The position numbers were made by a program, and so were the translations under genes. Below are positions 1 through 9,091 of a DNA stretch of 24,000 nucleotides, in pieces (positions within the stretch are counted from its first letter, which is position 1; each line of letters starts with the position of its first letter). Under the pieces are notes generated by a model. It was not told where the DNA came from and made no database searches. It saw only the letters and a list, made by a program, of their open reading frames with translations. Source of the stretch: Zoogloeaceae bacterium (lineage in GTDB: Bacteria; Pseudomonadota; Gammaproteobacteria; Burkholderiales; Rhodocyclaceae); the NCBI GenBank assembly GCA_031271025.1, contig JAISWQ010000157.1, positions 14,101 through 38,100 of the forward strand, written 5' to 3'.

Positions 1-212
1 GGAATTTTTTCCGTCTTGTCCATGCCGAAGTCGAAACAGCGATGTTCCTTGAAGGTATCCCACTCCTCGAACGTATCGGGATCGAGCAGAAGTTCGATAC
101 GTTCGCGGGCCGTGAGCTTGCCTTTCTTGTGCTGGCCGTCGATACGCTTCTGGCCGCCGCCGAGGCTGGCTGCCTTTCGCTTTTCGTCCAGCCGCTGGAT
201 GATGTCATGCAT
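1..212 (-). CDS. pccB: Propionyl-CoA carboxylase beta subunit (acyl-CoA carboxyltransferase), N-terminal ~70 codons only; the gene continues past the left edge
   Basis: Absent from the ORF track because it has no in-window stop. Reverse-strand reading from the ATG at 212..210 gives [70 protein letters not shown], open to position 1. This is a typical PccB/carboxyltransferase N-terminus. AGGAG (225..221) lies 8 nt upstream of the ATG. The gene follows meaB by 20 nt on the same strand. Confidence 0.85.
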   Translation of the reverse strand, partial: MHDIIQRLDEKRKAASLGGGQKRIDGQHKKGKLTARERIELLLDPDTFEEWDTFKEHRCFDFGMDKTEKI

Positions 213-232
213 ACGGGAATCTCCTAAAAAGT

Positions 233-1303
233 TCAGGGTTCGGAATTGAAGAACCGGGCGGCCGCGAAAAGCGCTGTTGCGGCGGCTGCCGGCGTGATAG
301 TTCCTGACGCCACCTTCTGGGTGACTCCGGGCAGGGCATCTTTCACAGCGGGGTGCCGCTGGAAACACTGGTTCAGATGGGCATGGATCAACTGCCACAT
401 CCAGTCGACCGCCTGACGGCGGCGTTTTTCCTTGAACTCCCCGGTCGGGGTCAAGGTATTCCGGTAGCGTTCCACGGTCTCCCAGAATTCCGCCAGACCT
501 TCTTTTTTGAAGGCGCTGAGGGTCAGCACGGGAGGCGTCCAGTTCGGGGAAGCCGGACGCAAGAAGTGCAACGCATTGTTCCATTGGGCGCGCGTCGCCA
601 TCGCCGCGCGCGGGTCTATATCGGCCTTGTTGATCGCCACCAGATCGGCAATTTCGACAATGCCTTTCTTGATCGCCTGCAAATCATCGCCGGCATTGGG
701 AAGTTGCAGGAGCGCAAACAGATCCACCATGCCCGCCACCGTGGTTTCGGATTGTCCCACGCCCACCGTTTCCACCAGAATCACGTCGAATCCGGCTGCT
801 TCGCAGAGCAGCATGGCCTCCCGTGTTTTCTCGGCGACGCCGCCCAGACTGCCCGCCGAAGGCGAAGGACGAATAAAGGCTTCCTCGCGCTGCGCCAGGG
901 TTTCCATCCGGGTTTTGTCTCCCAGAATGGAGCCGCCGGTGAGCGAGGAGGAAGGATCAACCGCCAGCACCGCGAGGCGATGTCCCCTGTCGAGGATGAG
1001 ATTGCCCAGCGCCTCGATGAAGGTGGATTTTCCCACGCCGGGCGACCCGGAAATTCCCAGACGCATCGCCTTGCCGGTATGCGGCAGGAGCGCATCGAGC
1101 AGCGCCCGCGCCCGCGCCTGATGATCGGGACGGGTAGATTCGATCAGAGTGATGCTTTTCGCCAGCGCGCGACGCTGCCCGGCGAGGACGCCTTCGGCAA
1201 GGGCGCGGTCTGCCGGGGGGAGACCAAGGGTAAGGCCATCCGGCAGGACGTCCGGGACAGAATCCGTCATGATCGGGAGCTGGAATGCTTTCTGCTGAAT
1301 CAC
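233..1303 (-). CDS. meaB: Methylmalonyl-CoA mutase accessory GTPase (MeaB/ArgK G-protein chaperone)
   Basis: 356-aa ORF with P-loop GSPGVGKST, an NKxD motif (INKADID), and overall ArgK/MeaB-like sequence. The GTG start at 1303 has AAGGA 5 nt upstream and overlaps the stop of the upstream small ORF (GTGA). An alternative ATG at 1270 (MTDSVPD) lacks an SD. Confidence 0.9.
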   Translation of the reverse strand: MIQQKAFQLPIMTDSVPDVLPDGLTLGLPPADRALAEGVLAGQRRALAKSITLIESTRPDHQARARALLDALLPHTGKAMRLGISGSPGVGKSTFIEALGNLILDRGHRLAVLAVDPSSSLTGGSILGDKTRMETLAQREEAFIRPSPSAGSLGGVAEKTREAMLLCEAAGFDVILVETVGVGQSETTVAGMVDLFALLQLPNAGDDLQAIKKGIVEIADLVAINKADIDPRAAMATRAQWNNALHFLRPASPNWTPPVLTLSAFKKEGLAEFWETVERYRNTLTPTGEFKEKRRRQAVDWMWQLIHAHLNQCFQRHPAVKDALPGVTQKVASGTITPAAAATALFAAARFFNSEP

Positions 1304-1596
1304 CCGGTTTCCTTGGGGTTGCTGTTTTTCAGTTCCCGCATGAAAGCGTTGAAATGCGGTTTGAGCGACGCCAACAAGGCGTTTTCCTTGTTCTCCATCA
1401 GCGTTTTTCCCAACAGCTTGAGCCCCAGGACAAGTTGGGGAATCTCCTCGGCGGAAAAATCACCGCGTTGGCTTACGCGCTCAAGAATGACGAAAATATC
1501 GTCGTGATTGTCAAACTCGAACGATAACACGCGAGAGGCCGGGACACCCGGCACTTCCAGTGGTTCAAGGGTGAGGCGGTAACGATATTTTTTCAT
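1300..1596 (-). CDS. Small hypothetical protein (98 aa) embedded in the mcm-meaB operon; possibly DUF3861-like (from memory only)
   Basis: [101 protein letters not shown]. It has protein-like composition (not a GC3 shadow frame). A GGAG lies 11 nt upstream of the ATG. Its stop overlaps the meaB GTG start. Confidence 0.65.
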   Translation of the reverse strand: MKKYRYRLTLEPLEVPGVPASRVLSFEFDNHDDIFVILERVSQRGDFSAEEIPQLVLGLKLLGKTLMENKENALLASLKPHFNAFMRELKNSNPKETG

Positions 1597-1740
1597 CGTA
1601 AAACTAACTCCGGTTTGAAACCCCGCCCTTCAGGGCGGTGCGGAGGCCGGGTCGGCCGTAGCCATTGGGGAGGGGAAAGAAACCCCTTCCCAATGGAATT
1701 TGACCGACAGCCCTGAAGGGCTGTCGCTGATTTTTGCTGG
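1592..1740. repeat. Structured intergenic repeat, copy A (three hairpins) between the scpA stop and the small-ORF start
   Basis: Block 1 (1592..1628) matches 13324..13360 at 35/37 positions. Hairpin CCGCCC-ttca-GGGCGG at 1623..1638. A 14-bp hairpin at 1662..1675/1683..1696 has loop AAAGAAA. Hairpin CGACAGCCC-tgaa-GGGCTGTCG at 1705..1726 is followed by CTGATTTTTGCTGG. That tail recurs at 13443..13460 and 20467..20485. Confidence 0.65.
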
Positions 1741-1829
1741 CAAACTCTGGTTTCATTCGAGCAAACGCGGGACAACCACATCCAATGGCGGCGCTTGTAG
1801 ACTGCCCCTGGTGGACGGTCTGTCTTCCG

Positions 1830-3977
<2,148 letters not shown>

Positions 3978-4199
3978 GTTTTACGCGCTCCGGGGGAGGA
4001 TTTGGGAGTTTTAGGTTCATTTGGCGGCAGTTTCCCGACGCCTTTGACGAGAATCGGCGATTTTACACACAGATACCCAAAAAAATCCAGAGTTCCCGCC
4101 AAAAAGTCCACGCCAGGCTGGAAGTCTTCGGCCTTTGTTGCGTGTGCGCCCGCATCCGGGAGTAAGATACGCCGCCTCTCCCATCTCCCGATTTCCGTC

Positions 4200-5111
4200 A
4201 TGGCGCTGGATGCCTTTTTGCTGATTCTTTCCATGCTGGCGACCGGCTATCTGTTCGCCCGCCTGAAGCTCCTGCCTGAAAACGCAGCCGACACCCTCAA
4301 CCGGGTGGTGCTCTATCTCTGCCTGCCCGCTTCCGTGTTGCTCTACCTGCCGCGCCTGCATCCCGACTGGAAACTCAGCGGCCTGATGCTGATTCCCTGG
4401 GCGCTCGCCGGTTTCGTCTTTCTTTTGCTCAGTCTGCTCAAAAAACCCTGCGGCTGGCGGCGGGATGAATACGCGGCGCTGCTCCTCTGTGTGATGCTGG
4501 GCAACACCGGCTTTGTCGGCTATCCCATGATCCGCGCCCTGCTGGGCGAAGCGGCACTGGGCTACGCGGTGATTTACGATCAGTTTGGCACCTTCTTGCT
4601 GCTGACGAGCGTGGGGCTTTATCTCTGCGCTCATTTCGGCGGAGATGCCATGCCGGGATTCAAAACCATGATTTTGCGCATTCTCCGTTTTCCGCCGGCG
4701 CTGGCGCTGATCGCGGGATTGACCGTCATGCCGCTCGATCCGCCGGAGTGGATACGGCACACTCTCACCAGCCTTTCCGACGCCATGCTGCCGCTGGTCA
4801 TGTTGGCGGTGGGTTTTTCCCTGCGTTTTACCCTGCCAATGGCGGAATTGCGCGCGCTGACCGCCGGACTTGCCGTCAAGCTCCTTGTCATGCCGCTCGT
4901 CGCCTGGGGAATGGCCTGGGCGCTTGGCCTGCACGGCGACCTTCTGCGCGTTGCCGTGCTGGAATCCGCCATGCCCGCGATGATTACCGCCGCGGTGCTG
5001 GCCATTGCCCACAATCTCGCCCCTCGCCTTGCCGCCGCGCTGACCGGCTACGGCATTCTCTGCGCCATGTTGACCCTGCCTTTCTGGAACTGGGCGCTGA
5101 CAGGCGTTTGA
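4200..5111 (+). CDS. AEC (auxin efflux carrier / Mem_trans) family transporter
   Basis: In-frame ATG at 4200 inside the artefactual 1734..5111 ORF. The sequence MALDAFLLILSMLATGYLFARLKLLPENAADTLNRVVLYLCLPASVLL... is 303 aa and hydrophobic throughout, with about 10 membrane segments. Everything upstream of 4200 in that frame is antisense to scpA. Confidence 0.8.
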   Translation: MALDAFLLILSMLATGYLFARLKLLPENAADTLNRVVLYLCLPASVLLYLPRLHPDWKLSGLMLIPWALAGFVFLLLSLLKKPCGWRRDEYAALLLCVMLGNTGFVGYPMIRALLGEAALGYAVIYDQFGTFLLLTSVGLYLCAHFGGDAMPGFKTMILRILRFPPALALIAGLTVMPLDPPEWIRHTLTSLSDAMLPLVMLAVGFSLRFTLPMAELRALTAGLAVKLLVMPLVAWGMAWALGLHGDLLRVAVLESAMPAMITAAVLAIAHNLAPRLAAALTGYGILCAMLTLPFWNWALTGV

Positions 5112-5116
5112 GCAGT

Positions 5117-6556
5117 TCAGAAATCGTGAACAGCTTCTGAAAAATTTCTTTGCAGCCGCGCGCAGTCGCGGGCATGGGCGCGGCGGAAGGTGCAGGCAAA
5201 ACGGTGCTGGCGCATGGCGTCCAGGTCAATCAGCGCCCACTGTTTCGCCTGTTTTTCGTCTTCTGCCTCCTGGAGGATCAGGTTATGGCCTTTCAGGTCG
5301 CCGTGGCTGATGTTTTCCCGCGCGAGGGCGGCGAGCAGATTTTCCAGCGCGGTCTGTTCGGCTGAGGGCAGGTGGCCGCCGTGGTGCGCGAGGCGGGCGA
5401 CGAGATTCTCGCCGGGGAGATGTTCGGCGATGAACCAGGCAGTGCCGGTGAGCCAGAAGAAGCGGCGCTCGATCAGGGCGAGGGGGCGCGCGGTGGGAAT
5501 GCCCAGCGCCAGAAGGCGATGGGCTTCGCGCCAGGAACGCGCGGCGCGGCTCAAGCGCCAGCAGCGTCTGAGTCCGCGCCAGAAACGCTTGACGTTGTAG
5601 CGTTTGACCACAAGGGCGTGACCCGCGCATTCGATACGGGCAACCGTGGCCGAACCTCCGTTTTTGTAAATCAGGCCATGCTGGAGCAGGGCGTCGGGAT
5701 TGGCGAGGAGAGGCGTCAGCCATTCAGCGGCATCACGCCGCGCGAGAATGCGCCCGAACATCCCGCGCCAGCCTTGCGGACGCGCGACGAACAATGAACA
5801 ATCGCGGAAGCATTTGTCCAGCAGGTCGCGCATCCGCCAGTGCCGCGCCTTGGCGCGCGCGTTTTGCAGGGACTGTGTTTGCGTCGCGGTGAGCGGTGTG
5901 GAAAAGAGGGCGCTGGCGGCGAGCAGGGCGGGCAGGGCGTCATCCGCGATTTCCGGCAGTTGCGCGAAAAAAAGACCCAGATTGTCGAGCTGTCGTTTGA
6001 TGGGGAGCGGCGCGGCTTCCATGCGGATGTCGCCGCCGTCGATCAGATAGAGCCGGTTCTGGACAAAAAGCAGATTGTCCGGGTGCGGATCGGCTTGCCA
6101 GACGCCCTGACGATAGAGCGCGGCACAGGCGCGCAAGGCCATTCCCAGCAGATGGTCACGCGCCGCCGCTGTCGGCGCGGTCTGCCAGCGGCTACTCAGG
6201 CTTTCCGCGTCTTCCAGCCATTCAAAAAGGAGCCAGCCGCCCACGCCGGAAACAAAACCCTGGGTCAGCAGACGTGGTGTTGCCAGGGCATGGGGCGCGG
6301 CCTGGGCGCATTCGGCCAGCCGCGCCGCGCCTGCGCATTCCCGCGTGTATTGGCGTTCCGCCTTGCTCCCCACCAGCAGCTTGGCGAACACGGGCTGTCC
6401 GCGCCATTGTCCCATGCCGGCATAGCGTTTTCCGGGCAGAATGCGCAACCAGCGGTTGAGAGTGAGCGCGCCGGTTTCCGGCAGGGCAAGACGGAGCGGC
6501 AGGGGCGGCTCGCGTCCAGCGGTGGCGAGCGTTGCCAGGGATTGCGCGTCTGTCAA
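5117..6556 (-). CDS. Tandem two-domain Kdo/WaaP (InaA)-family kinase-like protein
   Basis: Half 1 has PVFAKLL, DPHPDNLL and LIDGGD. Half 2 has LVVKRYN, HGDLKGHNLIL and LIDLDAM. The proposed start is TTG at 6556 with AAGGAA 5 nt upstream, overlapping the TGA of the upstream kinase gene (TTGA). The track ORF start at 6826 would overlap that gene by ~270 nt with a low-complexity Pro/Arg-rich extension. The next ATG, at 6415, is the alternative. Confidence 0.7.
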   Translation of the reverse strand: MTDAQSLATLATAGREPPLPLRLALPETGALTLNRWLRILPGKRYAGMGQWRGQPVFAKLLVGSKAERQYTRECAGAARLAECAQAAPHALATPRLLTQGFVSGVGGWLLFEWLEDAESLSSRWQTAPTAAARDHLLGMALRACAALYRQGVWQADPHPDNLLFVQNRLYLIDGGDIRMEAAPLPIKRQLDNLGLFFAQLPEIADDALPALLAASALFSTPLTATQTQSLQNARAKARHWRMRDLLDKCFRDCSLFVARPQGWRGMFGRILARRDAAEWLTPLLANPDALLQHGLIYKNGGSATVARIECAGHALVVKRYNVKRFWRGLRRCWRLSRAARSWREAHRLLALGIPTARPLALIERRFFWLTGTAWFIAEHLPGENLVARLAHHGGHLPSAEQTALENLLAALARENISHGDLKGHNLILQEAEDEKQAKQWALIDLDAMRQHRFACTFRRAHARDCARLQRNFSEAVHDF

Positions 6557-7311
6557 CGCGATTCCTTGTCCTGTCGCCGCGCGGCGAGATGCGCCAGCCA
6601 GTCGCTCACCTTGTCTGCTTCCGGTGGGCAGGCGAGGTAGGCGGCCAGCCACAGGCGCGTTTCGCCTTCCGTCAGCGGCGGGCAGTGGCGCAGGAATTGC
6701 TCCAGATCCTTGATGCGGTCGCGTCGTCCCGGCAGCAGGGGTCGGGTTTTTTCCAGGTCGATCAGGCAGGCTTCGCAGCGTGCGCCGGTTTCGCGGATGA
6801 AGATGTGGCGCGGATAAAAACAGCAATGAATCAATCCCGCGCCGTGCAGCTTGCGCGCCAGATGACCGCAGGCGGTCAGCAGATGTTGACGGCGCTGGGC
6901 GTCATGCGCGCTTTCCGCAAGGCAAAGGGCAAGGTCACGCCAATCGTCCAGGGCGCGGGTCAGAAGACAGGCGCAGAGACCCGCGTCCGCGCCGGAAAGA
7001 TGGCGTTCGGCGTAAAAAACCGCTTGTACGGCAGGCACGCCACGGCGTCGGTAGCGTTCGATGTTGCGCAGTTCGCGGGCAAAGGTGGGTTCGCCAAACG
7101 GTGTGTAAAAGCTGCGGGTGCGATGGTTCTTTTGCCGCTTGAGAAAAAAGCCCTGGCCTTCGATTTCCAACCGGCATACCTTGCTCCAGCCGCCCCGGTC
7201 GACATTGGCGGCATCCACGGTGGGCAGATCGAGCCTCCAGAGGGCTTCAAAGGTGGCAAGCCCCTGCCGCTCCAGCAGCGGACGGTCTGTTTCAGCAATG
7301 AAATCGCGCAT
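6553..7311 (-). CDS. Lipopolysaccharide kinase InaA (Kdo/WaaP) family protein
   Basis: 252-aa ORF. The N-terminus has ...FEALWRLDLPTVDAANVDRGGWSKVCRLEIEGQGFFLKRQKNH..., and later HCCFYPRHIFI and CLIDLEK. This matches the characteristic InaA-family layout. Confidence 0.8.
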   Translation of the reverse strand: MRDFIAETDRPLLERQGLATFEALWRLDLPTVDAANVDRGGWSKVCRLEIEGQGFFLKRQKNHRTRSFYTPFGEPTFARELRNIERYRRRGVPAVQAVFYAERHLSGADAGLCACLLTRALDDWRDLALCLAESAHDAQRRQHLLTACGHLARKLHGAGLIHCCFYPRHIFIRETGARCEACLIDLEKTRPLLPGRRDRIKDLEQFLRHCPPLTEGETRLWLAAYLACPPEADKVSDWLAHLAARRQDKESR

Positions 7312-7320
7312 AAGGGAGGC

Positions 7321-9057
7321 TTACTCCGGGAGGGCGGCAATCTGCTGGAAATAGCTGCGGTTGAGCAGGGTTTCGGCGCGTGTCAGGGCTGCCGAGAGGT
7401 TGTCCGCGAGATTTTCCTCGCCCAGACGGTCGATGAAGCCCGCGCGGTACATGAGCGAGGCGGGCTGGCGGGAAAGTCCGCAAAGCACAAGCCCGCCGCT
7501 GCCCTGCTTTTCCAGTCTGTCCAGAATCTTGCACAGGCCGTCCAGGCCGGTGGTGTCGAGTTGCACGAGGTGCTGCATGTCGAAAATCAGGACATCGGGA
7601 AACTCCTCCCTGGGATCGAGCAGAACTTCCAGTTTGTTGACCGCGCCAAAGAAGAGCGAGCCGTAGAACCGCCAGGCGGCAATCCGGGCGCTGCCGTCCG
7701 GCTTGAGGAAATCCGGGTTGCGCTCGTGCTGCTTCAGCGGCAGCCGCTCGATGCGGGTGAGCCGTGACATGCGGTAGATGAAGGCCAGGCAGGAGAGCAC
7801 CATGCCCAGTTCGATGGCAACCGTGAGATCGAAGATGACGGTCACGATGAAGGTGGAAAGCAAAATGGCGCGGTAATCGTTGGAAAAACGGCGCAGCGCC
7901 TTGAACTCATGCCATTCGCCCATGTTGACGGCTACCAGCACCACGATGGCGGAAAGGGTTGCGAGTGGAATGTGGCTGGCAAGCGGCGCGAGCGCCAGCA
8001 CGATGAGGAGCAGCACGAAGACATGGATGACGCCAGCGATTGGCGTGCGTCCGCCGGAACGAACATTGGTGGCGGTGCGGGCGATCGCGCCGGTGGCGGC
8101 AAAGCCGCCGAAGATCGGCGCGACGAGATTGGCGATGCCTTGCGCCATGAGTTCCTGGTCGGGATCGTGCTTGTCGTCGATGCTGCCGTCGGCGACGCGG
8201 GCGGAAAGGAGCGATTCGATCGCGCCCAGAAGGGCAATGGCAATCGCCGGGGAAATGAGCTTGCCCACGGTATCGAGCGACAGGGAGGGCAGGGTGATGG
8301 GCGGCAGACCCTGGGGAATTCCCCCGAAGCGGCTGCCGATGGTCTCGATTCCGTATTCATGCAGATCGAAAAGCGCCACGGTCGCGGTGGCGAGCACCAG
8401 CACTGCCAGCGGGCCAGGGGCGCGGCGCAGAAGGGCGAAGCCTTCCCGCGCCGCCACACGGTTGTAAACGAGCAGGAAAAAGAGCGAAGCGCAGGAAAGC
8501 GCGAGCGTCGGGAGATGAATGAGGGAGAGGCTGCGTGCGAGGGTTTCGATCTTGGCGAAGAATTCCGGCGGCAGACTGGCAATTTGCAGCCCCAGAAAAT
8601 CCTTGATCTGAGCCATGAAGATCACGACGGCAATGCCGTTGGTAAAGCCGATGACGACGGAAACCGGGATGAAGCGGATCAACTGCCCCATGCGAAAAAT
8701 TCCCATGGCAAGCAGGAAAGCGCCAGCCAGCATGGTGGCGAGCAACAGATTGCCGAAGCCGTGGGCGGCGACGATGCCGTAGATGATGGGAATGAAAGCG
8801 CCAGTTGGCCCGCCGATTTGTACTTTGGAGCCGCCCAGCACGGAAATGAGGAGACCGGCGACGATGGCGGTCCAGATGCCCGCGGCGGGCGATACGCCGG
8901 AAGCGATGGCAAAGGCCATTGCCAAGGGCAGCGCCAGCACACCCACGGTGATGCCCGCGCCAACGTCCCTGCCGAATTGCGCCTTGTCGTACCCAATCAG
9001 GCAATCGAAAAGTTTGGGGCGGAAAGTGATTTGTGCGGCGGCGGATTTGAGCGACAT
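7321..9057 (-). CDS. SulP family inorganic anion transporter with C-terminal STAS domain
   Basis: 578-aa ORF. The N-terminus has RDVGAGITVGVLALPLAMAFAIASGVSP (Sulfate_transp signature region). There are multiple TM segments and a C-terminal STAS-like region (VLIFDMQHLVQLDTTGLDGLCKILDRLEKQG). Confidence 0.9.
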   Translation of the reverse strand: MSLKSAAAQITFRPKLFDCLIGYDKAQFGRDVGAGITVGVLALPLAMAFAIASGVSPAAGIWTAIVAGLLISVLGGSKVQIGGPTGAFIPIIYGIVAAHGFGNLLLATMLAGAFLLAMGIFRMGQLIRFIPVSVVIGFTNGIAVVIFMAQIKDFLGLQIASLPPEFFAKIETLARSLSLIHLPTLALSCASLFFLLVYNRVAAREGFALLRRAPGPLAVLVLATATVALFDLHEYGIETIGSRFGGIPQGLPPITLPSLSLDTVGKLISPAIAIALLGAIESLLSARVADGSIDDKHDPDQELMAQGIANLVAPIFGGFAATGAIARTATNVRSGGRTPIAGVIHVFVLLLIVLALAPLASHIPLATLSAIVVLVAVNMGEWHEFKALRRFSNDYRAILLSTFIVTVIFDLTVAIELGMVLSCLAFIYRMSRLTRIERLPLKQHERNPDFLKPDGSARIAAWRFYGSLFFGAVNKLEVLLDPREEFPDVLIFDMQHLVQLDTTGLDGLCKILDRLEKQGSGGLVLCGLSRQPASLMYRAGFIDRLGEENLADNLSAALTRAETLLNRSYFQQIAALPE

Positions 9058-9091
9058 GGGTTTTCCGTTTTCTGGTCAGTTGCCCTCTGGA

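Noticed and set aside
1608-1621. The GGTTTGAAAC-type motif resembles the 3' end of some CRISPR repeats. Instances: CTCCGGTTTGAAAC at 1608 and 13340, and degenerate CTACGGTTGAAAC at 13373 and CTCTGGTTTCATTC at 1746.
   Set aside because: There is no regular repeat-spacer periodicity. There are only isolated or degenerate copies in different loci. No cas genes are present. The motif is part of the larger repeat element.
1592-1759. Possible target-site duplication flanking repeat copy A: TTCATCG at 1592..1598 and TTCATTCG at 1752..1759
   Set aside because: The duplication is imperfect. The right-hand site lies 12 nt beyond the conserved 3' block. No equivalent duplication flanks copy B. It could be chance, so I kept it only as a note.
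3978-4199. I looked for a cobalamin riboswitch or another leader structure upstream of scpA. I also looked for clear divergent promoters.
   Set aside because: I could not recognise a B12-box or a conserved riboswitch core by eye. Only a weak TGGATT-18-TAAAAT promoter candidate (minus strand, -10 at 4065..4060) is visible. That is not strong enough to annotate.
6557-6826. N-terminal ~90-codon extension of the tandem-kinase ORF (track start 6826)
   Set aside because: It overlaps the C-terminal ~90 codons of the inaA-like gene. It translates to Pro/Arg/Gly-rich low-complexity sequence. A TTG with a good SD sits exactly at the upstream gene's stop.
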